Part shown: positions 41,481-54,600 of the stretch, piece by piece
Position numbering within the stretch: position 1 is the stretch's first letter
How the letters are laid out: each line of letters starts with the position of its first letter
Origin: the human T2T-CHM13v2.0 reference genome, Homo sapiens
Assembly: GCF_009914755.1 (NCBI RefSeq)
Contig: NC_060930.1
Length of the DNA stretch: 64,000 nucleotides
Strand: one strand, 5' to 3'
The notes under the pieces: model-generated
Seen by the model: only the letters and a program-made list of their open reading frames with translations
Database searches by the model: none
Told to the model about the DNA's origin: nothing
Translations under genes and position numbers: made by a program

Positions 41481-43756
41481 TTTAATGAATACTGGATCAT
41501 AATGGATAGCTCATTACTAACTGTATGGGTTTACATGGTTTTTTTACTCATATTGAAACTCACTTGCCATTTTATTTTTTCACACACACACAGAGCATGA
41601 TAGTTTTGCAAATTGTTTTTATTGGGGTGATATTTTACTATCTTCTGCAAACCAAAGAAATGTATTTATACCGTTTTATTGTGAGTACTCATGAAATTCT
41701 GATCCCTTGCGGAGCCAATAGTTTGAACTCTATTATCTGGAAGAACTACTGTTTTCTTCTCATTGATATCTCATTAAAACTCAATTGTCTTTCTATGACC
41801 AAACAATCATGTCTCTAAATTCCTGATGTGCTGAAATTACATTTTTATTGACGTGGTCTACTCAACTTTACAACCATCTTTTGGGCACCCAACAAATGTT
41901 AATTGCCTAGATAACCATTGAGTATACAGAGATAAAAAGGAACTCCGAATAAGATCAAAGTCTAGTTGTTAAATATTTTCTAAACTAAATAAATCACATT
42001 TACTTGTTTTTAACATGCTTATTTTATATCTTGAGATAGTCAGACCTGATTTCTTGCCATGTTACTTCTCTTTTTAAGTTTATGCCTGCTCCAGCATACT
42101 CTGAATTTACATTTATTATGAATTCAATCAGCTTTCCTGGTATGAAAGTAAGATTCATTGGTCTGTGGCTCCTTGGTAGCTTCTGAAATTCTTATTGATA
42201 GAGGTATCATTAGTGTTTCGATGGGTTTCCTGCATAACAAATAGTCTGATTTAAGAAGCAAGTAAACTGATGATTTTTCAAAGGCATAAAGAAGATATTT
42301 TGTTTCCCCAATAGGGAAGGGTTATTTATTAGTTCAGACAAACAGTTTTCACTAACACTGGTGTTAATGTTATAAAAGCCAAACAGCATGTTTTAAGTGG
42401 CTTTTAAATATTAAAGAAAAATTTTAAAGGAAGCATTAAGTAACATGAAGATATGTAATATGATACACTAACTATAATATGCATCTGTGATTCAGACATG
42501 TAATATATTTATATATAATTTATTTACAAGGCATAATTCACCAATAGTAATAATAATTTTGACCTAAAAAATTAAATAATGGATTAAGGTAAGAAAACAA
42601 TCTAGCTTGAACAAGGTTTTGTACATTAATAAAATAGAAACATAAAGAGTAATAGAGAAAATACATTGTGCTTTAATGCACATAACTGAGATGTAGTGGG
42701 ATGATTCTTATAATGAATGTCAAAATTAATAGGTGCAGTATGCGTGGGACAGATAAAAGAAAAGAAGGGTGGCAGTTTGTGCCAAAAACATTTACTAAGC
42801 AATTGAGAGTTCTTTAGAAATAGGCAAAAGGCGAAAATAGTTTGAATAAGCCCTTTAAGCAAAGAAAAGGAAGTGCTACCCAAAAACCTTGTATTGAATT
42901 TAATTCACATATCGGTTTTGTGGACTGTTTTTCTCAAGAGGTGTCTTTTCTGATTTCCTGCTACTTCTTGGAGCTCTGGAAAGGACTGGGTAGAATAGTC
43001 AACTGACCATCTCTTATTTTACTATTTGAAGAGAGGCCCATGTAACAGTGGAAGGATTCTCAGGCTATTTTGCCATCCTGTGCAGTTTCCAGTATGTGCC
43101 CACCTTTGGTTATGTTAATCAGGTTGGGATCAAGCTGCTTCTGGCTTTCATCACTTATCTTTCAAATACTCAAATTTATTCTCCCAGCAGATTGTTCTCT
43201 CCCAAACCTTTAACTTACCTCATTGATCAGACTGTCTGCCTGCCTTAGCTCATGCACTTTTGTATGTCTGAACTATACTAAGCTTTTAATTGCACTTTAA
43301 AAAATCCTATTCTCCCTTCAAATACTCACTATCTGTATCCTCCCTTGTGAACTTCTCTGTAACCTCCATTTCCCCCAGCCATACTGACTGTTCTGTTTTC
43401 TCTGGTCTCATAAAATTAATGTCTGGATTACTCATCAGTTATTAACCTGGGTCTTAGGAAGCAGCAGGCTAAGAAAGCAGATTGGGGACCAAGAACTGAA
43501 ACTGGGTATCCATAAAATATAGAGATAAAACTAGGGAAGTAAACAAAAATAAAACAGAGAGAGAGAAAGTTCAAAGTATATATAAACAACCAAAAGGTCA
43601 GTAGGATTTAAAGAAGAATGTCAGTGTAGCTATCAAAAGTCCAAGGAGAGATTGTCTAAGACAATCTCAGCTTTTCATTTCTTCAATTAGCTTTAAAAAA
43701 TTAGTTTCCAGTGAGTTATAGTTCATACTTTTTCTGTGTGTGTGCGTGTGTGTGTG

Positions 43757-44184
43757 TGTGTGACTTGTTGCATTGTACCTGTATTAAGACCCTTGGAGAG
43801 CTTTGTCATTCTTCAAAATACTTTAGTGTGGATCACAGAGGATAATTAAGCTGTAAGAAAAAAATAAATGTAAACTTTTGGGCACAGTTTAGACAATGTC
43901 ATTAGTTATAATCCCAGAAAGTTATCAAAAACGTACTATAGACTGCTTCTCAAAGAGGATGATACATTGTAGTGTTACTATCTGTTTAAGTTGTCTGCAG
44001 GGCGCAGTCGCTCACGCCTGTAATCCCAGCACTTTGGGAGGCCTAGGCAGGTGGATCACTAGGTCAGGAGTTCAAGACAAGCCTGGCCAAGATGGTGAAA
44101 CCCCGTCTCTACTAAAAATACAAAAATTAGCCAGGCGTGGTGGCGGGCACCTGTATTCCCAGCTACTTGGGAGGCTGAGGTAGG
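43757..44184 (-). repeat. Right arm of the inverted duplication (contains a partial Alu at about 43996-44184, + strand)
   Basis: Matches the left arm. About 7 mismatches in ~238 bp of the unique part by manual count. Confidence 0.95.
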
Positions 44185-44239
44185 AAAATAAAGAGTGTTA
44201 ACTCTTTATTTAATTTAGTTTAATTAATTAATTAATTAA

Positions 44240-44496
44240 TTTTTTTATTATTATACTTTAAGTTTTAGGGTACATGTGCACAACATGCAGGTTTGTTACA
44301 TATGTATACATGTGCCATGTTGGTGTGCTGCACCCATTAACTCGTCATTTAGCATTAGGTATATCTCCTAATGCTATCCCTCCCCCTCCCCCCACCCCAC
44401 AACAGTCCCCGGTGTGTGATGTTCCCCTTCCTGTGTCCATGTGTTCTCATTGTTCAATTCCCACCTATGAGTGAGAACATGCAGTGTTTGGTTTTT
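44240..44496 (-). mobile_element. Young 5'-truncated L1PA (PA3/PA4-like) 3' end
   Basis: 'ttattatactttaagttttagggtacatgtgcacaac...tagcattaggtatatctcctaatgctatccctcccc'. The tail has degenerated to (TTAA)n at 44220-44240. Confidence 0.93.
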
Positions 44497-46454
44497 ATAC
44501 TTTTTGCTGCCACAAAGCACCCAACACTAGCAGTTTACTTAGTAGGTGATCAATACATTTTTGAGTGAATGCATGAATGAGTAAATCAAGTGATTCTTCC
44601 CATATTTGCAGAAGAATGTTTAGCATTCAGGATAACTGAACAGAAGGCTTATTCAATTCTCATTGAGAACCTAAGCTTGCTGATGTGTTTATTTACAGGG
44701 AGATTTTTCAAAGAATCATAAACATTAGAGCTTGAAGAAGATCAAGCTGTCATCAAATCCTTTCATTCTACTAATAAAGACTTGTTCAGGGCTAGTGATG
44801 GAGAAATGCATAAAAGTATCCATGACAAGCCCCCCCTTAAGTTCCTAATGAAAAATGATAATTTAACATAATCAGGGAACGATGTTTTTATTAACTCAGA
44901 TCAACAAATAGTCACAAGTACATTTTTGGTGCCCCCTAAAAAAGCATTGTGCTAGGTGCTGGGATATGAAGGAAACATACACGAAACCCACTATCAAACA
45001 GGCGATATTATAATTCTTAAACAAGAAAGTGGTAGTCTTTATGTTTGTTTCCTAAGACATTTTAATTGAATTTCTATAGCTTCGATACTTGTTATCAGTA
45101 TAAGTACCCTCAGCAAGGGTAGTTAAGTTTTGGATGACCTAACCATGGAGACTTATCATTTATATCATGGGGATATTGGATCAGGAAAGGATAGGATTTT
45201 AATTCTGCCCCTGTGAATATCATTCTGCATTTTCTAGATACATGCTGCTTCTAGTGTGCTGTTTAGAGAAGTGCACCTGAGCTTCTGTTTGTTTTATTTA
45301 AATGTGTGTCTTATCTGTGTGTTGTAGATCTTCCATGTGGTTTCATGCACCATTATAGTAATTTCTGCTATTTCCTTCTTAGGATTCTATTCTTCGCCAT
45401 TTTCTTTATTATGAAATTTTTCAAACATACAAAATGTTTTGAAATTATAATATCATCAGTCACTAATGTAAAGGTTAGAGCATTAAAAATATATTTAAAT
45501 TTCTGTGTTTGCCCTCAAAGACTAATAGAAAACACAACAGAAAAACAAGAGCTAAAGTCAACTGCTGCTAAGAACCATTGTAGTAACAAGCATCAGACAT
45601 TACTGAGGCCTAATTTGTCTTTGTTACTGGGGCTATAAGAAGAATTTGTATATACCTTCTGGCTTATTTTAATCTAATTTTGTGGGATATATCTATAAGA
45701 GGTCTATTAAAAATTCAAGAATGTGAAATAGGTTTCACATAATGCTTCAGCAGTGATAGATTGATAATAGTTGTTTGGAGAGCTGTGTTAAAAAGACTCT
45801 ACCCAACGACTTAGCCAGAAAGAGTATCAAGAATGACTAATGATGTCTGTCATGGGTACAACAGGAGGAAATAAAACACTCGTACTGTGTTTGGGTGATA
45901 TGTCATTGTCTAAGAGCCTTGTAAGTGGTATAGGCACTGAAGCCCAAAGTGACACACTAGAATAGTCAACATGGAAGAGGTAACATGTGAGCTGGGTCTT
46001 GAAGAAAGAGGAGGTCCTTAAATTAACTAAGAGTTGATTTAAGCGCATAGAAAGAGGATAAGCAGAGATGAAAATATGGCAATGTGTGTGATATTTTAGG
46101 GATTCTAAGCAGACTTTTAAAGGTAGAATAGGAAAAAAAACGTGGTGAACTGTGTAAAATAGAATGGCCTTTCATCTAATTTTCTGCTTACACTCAAAGA
46201 CTGAGCATGAAATAATTACATGGCAGATATTCCCATATCCCAAATTAAAATATTAGGCCACCTTAGCACGATTTGCAAATACGTTATCTCAGAACTGGTT
46301 TTGACAACCTTAATCCTCCCTCCACACATAGCCTTTACAAGAGGTTATAAAAGCTAGCAAAAAGTTGGAGTTTAGAGAGTATCCCCTCATGAGGATGCAG
46401 GGGCTTGCTGCGTCCTCTCCTCTCCTCAAATGCCAGGGGCTTCAATCAGAAAGC

Positions 46455-46611
46455 TTGGTGTGAGACAGAGCATACCTCTGGATGGTATCATCCAAGCTGT
46501 GTCTCATTCAAACATGACTGTCTGTCTCTCCTGGAGATCCTGTAAGCTGTTTGAGGGCCACAGAGGACAAGTGTTATAAACACATCTGAGAAATGTAAAG
46601 ATGAGAGGCTA
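46455..46611 (+). repeat. Copy 1 of a 157-bp direct duplication
   Basis: Matches 47545-47701 with 6 substitutions by manual count. Confidence 0.95.
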
Positions 46612-47414
46612 AGTCTAGAGTTCCTTTCTCTGACTGTAGAAAAACATTGTATTGACTGTATTTGTTTAACTTGCATTTCCACGAATTACTAAGTATGAAG
46701 TTTGTGTAAGTATTTCCCAAGGGCCAATAATGGTCTAGATGAGCGACATCTAGCCTAGCATTCTCTTAGATCCTATCTAAGAAGCCCACGTGGGTAGGTG
46801 AAGAGACCTAGGCAGAAACAGGTGGAAGATGCACTGGAAAATTTTCAGGAGTAAAGGAAGACTGAAATAGCCGTTTTGAGGAGGTGCATTCACCTCATAA
46901 ATACAAATGTAGGTGATTTTTTTTTTTTGTGATGATGGGAAGAGTGGTCTCTGGAGAATGCTGCACACTCCAAGTATTGGTTAGAATTCTTCATTGTAAG
47001 GTTAAGCAGACAGGAATAAATTATAAGTTATGATTTAGTTACACACCCTTGATTGTTCTAGGAAACCAATTTTGAATAATACAAAACTAGGACCATAAAG
47101 CAGTGAGGGCAAATACCCAACCTCATCACAGAAATGATTTTTGTATCAGAAAAAACTGTTGCTGTCTCGCAGAGATAATTTATATTTTATAATGTTGGAC
47201 CAAATGCCCGAACTTCTACCAGAACCATCCTGAAGAATCAAAGGTCTCTGCTTATGAGAAGAACCCATCTCTCCACTCATGGCTGCTACCTGCTGTTGCT
47301 TTTTCCCTGGCTAGCAAGGAGCTTAAGGCATGTCTAGCATCCTACATGCAAATTAATGGTAATGCAGCTGTTTAGTGTTCTGGTCTGGGTACTGTAGGAA
47401 GGAAATTCAAAAAA

Positions 47415-47499
47415 GTTGGTGTAGGCATTGAGCAAGTGAAGTATGTGGTAGCAGTGAAGTATCTACCACATACTTCACTTGCTCAGTGCCTACACCAAC
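47415..47499. repeat. Near-perfect inverted repeat: 37-bp stem, 11-nt loop
   Basis: gttggtgtaggcattgagcaagtgaagtatgtggtag / ctaccacatacttcacttgctcagtgcctacaccaac, with one mismatch. Confidence 0.95.
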
Positions 47500-47544
47500 G
47501 TCTTTCTTGAAGTATGTGGTAGCAGTACCTATCATATATATATA

Positions 47545-47701
47545 TTGGTGTGAGACAGAGCATACTTCTGGATGGTATCATTCAAGCCGTGTCTCATTCA
47601 GACATGACTGTCTGTCTCTCCTGGAGATTCTGTAAGCTGTTTGTGGGCCACAGAGGACAAGTGTTATAAACACATCTGAGAAATGTAAAGATGAGAGGCT
47701 A
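47545..47701 (+). repeat. Copy 2 of the 157-bp direct duplication
   Basis: Offset 1090 bp from copy 1 and flanked by TA-rich filler. Confidence 0.95.
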
Positions 47702-47714
47702 TATACTATATATA

Positions 47715-50050
47715 TTGACATCTTTATTATTTCTAAATATGTCTATTACTGGTAATAGTCCTTGATCTGAACTCTATTTTGTTTGATAGTAATATAGTTA
47801 ATTCAGCTGTTTTGTGATTAGTTTTTGCACGGTGTTTTTTTCATCATTTAGCTTTTAAAATGTGTCTTTATATTTAGAGTAATAGACTTCACCTATACAT
47901 ATTAATGCTAATGTACTATATACTATGTCTGTATGATCTATCTGTTTCTCCTCTCTCCCTCCTCCCTTCTGTCTCCAAATGGGCATTCTCTACATTTTAT
48001 TTGGAGTCTTGGAACCTTTTATATTTAATGGAATTCGTTGAGTTTAAATCTATTATATTGTTATTTGATTTCTATTTGTCCCTTCTGTTCTTTTTCTCTT
48101 TGCTTGCACTCTCTTTTTGATGAATTTTTTATTTTTTATTTTTTAGTATTCTATTTTATCTTTACTATTGGTTTTTAGCTCTTGCTTTTGTTTTATTTTA
48201 CATTTTAGGGATTGATCTAGGGTTCCAATATGTGTCTTAACTTATCACAGTCTACCTCAAATAACATTGTACTACTTACATATAACTTAAGAATCTTAAA
48301 AGAGCACAGATCCATTTCCTGCTCCTGTCCTTTAAATGGTATTATGAAAAAATTTTCTTTTACATATGTTATAAACCCTACAATATATTGTCATTTTTTT
48401 TTTATTTAAAGAGTAAATTTATCTTTCTGTTTTTGAACTAATTTTAGACTAACAGAAATGTTGCAAAAAATAGTGTAGAGATTTCCTATATATTTATTTC
48501 CCAGCTTCTCCTAGTGTTAACATTCAACATGACATGGTGCAATTCTCAAGACTGGGTATGTAACATTTATATGATACTATAACTAAATGACAAACCTTAT
48601 TAGAATTTTGCCAGTTTAAAAAATTGTAAAACGAGAAAGACTTTATATTAGTCAACATACCGGTCACTTCTGGTGCTTTTTATTCCCTTGTATAGTTACA
48701 AATTTCTACTTGATATTTTTTTCTGCCTGAAGAACTTCCTTTATCATTCCTTACAGTGCAAATCTGCTAGTAATAATTTTTCTCAGCATTTCTTTGTCTA
48801 AAAGATTTTTAAGATTTTTAAAATTGATTTTTAAAATGATATTTTCACTGGATATAGACTTCTAGGTTGACAGATTTTTTTTCCTTTGAGTCCTTTTAAG
48901 ATATTACTCCATTATCTTCTAGTTTTCATTTCTGAGCGTATGTGCATGAAGTATGTAATCACTCTTTCCTTGTTCCTCTTATGTACTGTGCCTTTTGCCT
49001 TTTAAGAGTTTCTTTTTATTATTGGTTTTCAGCAATTTAATTATGATGCCTGTTGGTGTGCTTTTCTTTATGTTCATTATGCTTGGGGTTTATTTAATCC
49101 CTTAAACCTGGGATGTAAAAATTTGAACATTTCAGCAATTATTTCTTCAAAACTTTTTTCCTGGCATCTCCCTTTTCCTTCTCTCCTGGGACTTCAAATT
49201 TCTAGTTATAATTTCCCCCACAGGTCACAAAAAACTCGGTTCCTTTTTTGAGTATTTATTATTTATGTTTTATTTTGAAAAGTTTTCTTCACTAGGTATT
49301 TGAATTTACTGATATTTGTTTCTGCAATATTTAATGGCTATTAATCCCATTCACTGAGTTTTTCATTTCAGAAGTTATGTTTCATATCCAGAAATTCTAT
49401 GTGATTTAAAAAATATATTCCATTTCCCTCTTTATTTTATTCATGGTTTCCTTTAGATTCCATCACCTAATTTCATCGTCTTTTTTATTGCTGGATCTGA
49501 GTTTATTGACTGGTAGTTAGGAATTTCATTTTTCATATTTTTCTGCCTTTTTTATATCTAGTAATTTTACTAGATGCTGTACCTGTGAATTTTTCATTGC
49601 TATTGCTGGATTTTGTTTTCTTCTTTTAAAGGGTGTTGAATTTTGTTCTGGAAGACAATGTTATATGGAAATAATTTTTTTCATTTATTTAGTTTAGTTT
49701 TGAAGATATTTAGAATATATTTGAAATAGCCTTTTATCTAAGAATTGTTCAGTCCCACTGCTAAGCTGTGGACTTCTGTATCTCTGCTTCATACTTTAGG
49801 AGTTAACTTGAACTCTATTCTGGCTGAAGGGAGCGTGAATATTTCCCAGCCTTATATGAGCTCTGGAAATTAAACCTACAGTTTCCAGTTATTGTTTTCT
49901 CAGTCTTATTTAATTTCATCATGTGTGAGCACAAATTAATATTTATCAATATACTTAAGAGCGAACCTAGGCAGATTTTTGTATCCTTTTTCCTGTATTG
50001 CTCCCTGTCTTCTGGAAATTTGCCCTACAATATAAATCTCTTTTATATTT
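47715..50050 (-). mobile_element. Old L1M (ORF2 5' / ORF1 region) with a nested L1MC/MD-type 3' fragment near 48420-48620
   Basis: 'ctgaactctattttgtttgatagtaatatag', 'ttcactggatatagacttctaggttgacag', 'ttcagcaattatttcttcaaa'. Confidence 0.7.
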
Positions 50051-50269
50051 CCAAACTCTGATCTTTGTCTCCTCAACCCAGTATGATTGTTTCATCTCCT
50101 TGTTCATAAAGTGCTTCCAGAGAGAAAGCAATTGTTTTATTCCCCTAAAAATCTCAATCCTGTATCGTAAAGACATCATACAATGTCTAAAATGTTTTTC
50201 TTTTTTACCTTTATGGAAAAGCTTTATATTTCTTTATTTATGGTGGGCCATTTAGTATGGCCCCAGTCC

Positions 50270-50780
50270 ATGATGGACAGAATAAGATGTTCATTGGATA
50301 ATTTTATACAGCGGAGTAACATGATGTATCTTGCATTTTTAAAGTGTCATTCTAGCTGCTTTCTAGAGAATAGATTTTTGAAGATCAATGTGATTGTAGA
50401 GAGATCTTTTATAAGGCTGTTACAGTTTCACAAGAGTGTGATGATGATTTTAGGATGTATTTTGCAAGAAGTGATTGGCTATATTTAGTTTGTATTTGTG
50501 AGATGGGACTGATATTTTTTTGATGACTTGGATGAGGTGGGGGTGGTAGGAGAGGAATCAAGAGAAAAATCAAGAATGATCTCCAAGTTTTGTTATGAGC
50601 AACTGGGTGAGTAGGGATGTAAGGATAGGAGTATGTTTTAAGGGAGCAGGAGAGTCAAGACTTTTTTGTACAATTTAACTTTAGCAAGCCTGTCAGGAAT
50701 CCAAATTAGATTCAGAAGTAAATTTTCTGGAAGATAAGGATTTAACAGTTTTGGAGATTTTGATATACTGACATTCTTTG
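50270..50780 (-). mobile_element. L2 remnant
   Basis: Purine-rich antisense L2 motifs ('aatcaagaatgatctccaagttttg...gagcaactgggtga'). Confidence 0.55.
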
Positions 50781-50784
50781 TGAA

Positions 50785-51680
50785 TTTTCTTTCAATAACA
50801 GCTTTATTAAGATACAATTTACATACCATAAATTCATAAAGTGCACCATTCAGTGATTTTCAGCATATTCTATTCACACAGTTGTACAACCATCACTACT
50901 ATCTAATTCCAGAACATTGTTATCATTCCAAAAAGAAACCCCATATCCAATAGCAGTCACTCTGCATACAATATGTGGCTTTTTGTGTCTGACTTCTTTC
51001 AACTAGTATAATGTTTTCAAGGTTCATCCACGTTGTAAGCATAGACCAGAACTTCATTTCTTTTTATGTGTGACTGACATTCCATTGTATGAATATACCA
51101 CATTTTGTTTATTCATTCATCGGTTGGTGAACATTAGGTTATTTTCATTTTTTGACTCTTATGAGTAATGCAGCTGTGAACATTTATGTACAAGTTTTTG
51201 TGTGGATAAATGTTTTCAGTTCTCTTGAGTATATACTTAAGAGTGAAATTGTCAGGTCACACGGTAATGTCATGTGTAACTTTTCGAGGAATTGCCAAAG
51301 TGTTTTCCAAAGTGTCTGCACTATTTTACATTCCTACCAGTAATGTGTGAGGGTTCCAATTTCTCCGCATTCTCACGAATAGTTATTATCTATCTATTTG
51401 ATTACAGCTATTCCTGTGGGTGTGAAGAAGTATCTTACTGTGGTATTGACTTGCATTTTACTGATGGCTAATAATGTTGAGCATCTTTCCATGGTCATGC
51501 ATATTGACCATTTTTATATTTTCTTTGAAGAACTGTTTATTCAAATTCTTTGTCCAGTATTTGTATTTTTTTTAAGTGGTTGAGTTGTGAGTGTTCTTAA
51601 ATCTGGATATGAGTCTGTAATGAGGCATATAATTTGCAAATATTTTCTTCCATTTTTGAGGTTGTCGTTCACTTTCTTTT
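50785..51680 (-). mobile_element. L1MB-type 3' end
   Basis: 'acagctttattaagatacaatttacataccata', 'gttgtacaaccatcactactatctaattccagaaca', 'ttttcaaggttcatccacgttgta'. Confidence 0.85.
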
Positions 51681-51699
51681 AAAAAAATTATTTTTTGAT

Positions 51700-54600
51700 T
51701 AATTTTTTTTATTCCGATAGGTTTTTTGAGAACAGGTAGTGTTTGATTACATGAATAAGTTCTTTAGCCTTGATTTCTGAGAGTTTGGTGCACTCATCAC
51801 CTGAGCAGTGTACACTGTATCCATTGTGTAGTCTTTTATCCCTCAACCCCCTCCCACCCTTTCTCCTGAGTCCCCACAGTCCATTGTATTATTCTTATGC
51901 CTTTGCATCCTCACAGCTTAGCTCCCACTTATTAGTAAAAACATACAATGTTTTTATGAGCTACTTCACTTAGAATAATGGCCTCCAATTGCATCCAGGT
52001 TGTGGCAAATGCCATTATTTTATTCCCTTTTATGGCTGAGTAGTATTCCATGGTATATATACTACAATTTCTTTATCTACTCATTGATTGATGGGCATGT
52101 GGGCTGGTTCCATATTTTTGCAATTGTGAATTATGCTGCTATAAACATGTGTGTACAAGTATCTTTTTCGCATAATGGCTTCTTTTCCTTTGTGTAGATA
52201 CCCAGTAGTGGGATTGCTGGATCAAATGGTAGTTCTACTTTTAGTTCTTTCAGTAATCTCCACACTGTTTTCCACAGTGGTTGTACTAGTTCACATTCCC
52301 ACCAGCACTGTAAAAGTGTTCTCTTTTAACCACATTCACACCAACATCTATTATTTTTTGATTTTTTGATTATGGCCATTCTTGCAGGAGTAAAGTGGTA
52401 TTTCACTGTGGTTTTGATTTGCATTTCCCTTATCATTAGTGATGTTGAGCATTTTTTCATATGTTTGTTGGCCATTATTATATCTTCTTTTGAGAATTGT
52501 CTATTCGTGTCCTTAGCTCACTTTTTGATGGGACTTTTTTTTTATTTTCTTGCTGATTTGTTTCAGTTCCTTGTAGACTCTGAATATTAATCCTTTGTCA
52601 AATGTGTAGACTGCAAAGATTTTGTCCCACTCTGTGGGTTGTCTTTTTGCTCTGCTGATTGTTTCTTATGCTGTGTAGAAGTTTTTTTTTGTTTAAGTCC
52701 CATCTATTTATCTTTGTTTTTGTTACATTGGCTTTTGCGTTCTTGGCCATGAAGTCTTTGCCTAACCCAATGTCTAGAAGGATTTTTCCAATGTTATCTT
52801 TGATTCAGCTTGAGTTAATATTTGTATAAGGTGAGAGATGAGGATCCATTTTTATTGTTCTGCATGTGGCTTGCCAATTATCCCAACAACGTTTGTTGAG
52901 TATGGTGTGCTTTCCCCACTTTATGTTTTTAAGTTTATGTGAGTCCTCAGAAACACAGCAGATAAAGACATAAAGACAGCAGATACCTGGTTGGCAAATT
53001 CTTATTCATTCTGCCATTCTATATCTTTTATGCGGAGCTTTTAGGCCATTTAGATTCAATGTTAGTATTGAGATATGAAGTACTCTTCTATTCATTGTGC
53101 TGTTTGTTGCCTGAATACCTTGTGTTTTATTCATTGTGTTACTGTTATATATGTCCTGTGAGATTTATGCTGTAAGGAGATTCTATTTTGGTATATTTTA
53201 AGGCTTTGCTTCAAGATTTCAAGCTCCTTTTAGCAGTTCTTAAAGTGAAGACTTGGTACTGGCGAATTCTCTCAGCATTTGTTTGTCTGAAAAAGACTAC
53301 CTTTCATTCATTTATGAACCTTAATTTCACTGGATACAAAATTCTTGGCTAATAATTCCTTTGTTTAAGGAGGCTAAAGATAGTGCCTTTAGCCTCCTGT
53401 AGGGTTTCTGCTGAGAAATCTGCTGTTAATCTGATAGGTTTTCCTTTATAGGTCACCTGAGGCATTTGCCTCATAGCTCTTAAGATTCTTTTCTTCATCT
53501 TGACTTTAGATAACCTGATGACTATGTACCTAGGCGATGAATCTCCCAGGTGTTCTTTGAGCTTCTTGTATTTCATTGTCTAGATTTCTAGTAAGGACAG
53601 GAAAATTTTCCTTGATTATTCCCTCAAATATGTTTTCCAAACTTTTATGTTTCTCTTCTTCCCCAGGAATACCAGTTCTTCCTAGGTTTGGTCGTTTAAC
53701 ATAATCCCAAACTTCTTGAATGCTTTGTTCATTTTTTAATATTCTTTTTTCTTTGTCTTTGTTGGACTGGGCTAATTTGAAGGCCTTGTCTTTGAGCTCT
53801 GAAGTTCTTTCTTCCACTTGTTCTATTCTATTGCGAAGGCTTTCCAGTATATTTTGCATTTCTCTAAGTGTGTCCTTCATTTCCAGAGTTGTGATTGTTT
53901 TTCCTTTATGCTATCTATTTCACTGAAGATTTTTCCCTTCATGTCTTGTTTTCCTTTTTTTTTTTTTTTAGATGGAGTCTCTTGCTCTGTCACCAGGCTG
54001 GAATGCAGTGGTGCAATCTTCGCTCACTGCAACCTCTGCCTCCAGGGTTCTCCTGGCTCAGCCTCCTGAGTAGCTGGGATTGCAGTCGTGCACCACCATG
54101 CCCAGCTAATTTTTGTAGTTTTAGTAGAGATGGAGTTTCACCATGTTGGCCAGGATGGTCTCGATCACCTGACCTCATGATCTGCCCACCTTGGCCTCTC
54201 AAAGTGCTGGGATTACAGGCGTGAACCATGCACCCAGCCATCTTGTATTATTATTATTTTTTATTTCATTAAGTTGGACTTCACCTTTCTCTGGTGCCTC
54301 CTTGATTAGCTTAATAATCAACCTTCTGAATTGTTTTTCTGGAAATTCAGAGATTTCTTCTTGATTTGGATCTATTGCTGGTGAACTAGTTTTGATCCTT
54401 TGGGGCTGTTAAAGAACCTTGTTTTGTCATATTACAAGAATTGTTCTTCTAGTTTCTTCCCATTTGGGTAGACCGTGTGAGAGGAAAGATCTGGGGCTCT
54501 GGGGCTCAGGTGCTGGTGTTCAGATTCTTTTGTCCCATGGGGTATTCCCTTGATGTGGTTCTCTCCCCCTTCCCCCAGGATGTGGCTTCCTGAGAGCCAA

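Noticed and set aside
41054-44183. Apparent paralogous 95-aa gene pair
   Set aside because: A by-product of the inverted duplication, half Alu-derived, with no coding evidence.
46735-46782. Two adjacent short hairpins (7- and 8-bp stems)
   Set aside because: Short enough to arise by chance in 64 kb.
53349-53880. ORFs with clear protein similarity
   Set aside because: Frameshifted L1 ORF1p remnants, not a host gene.
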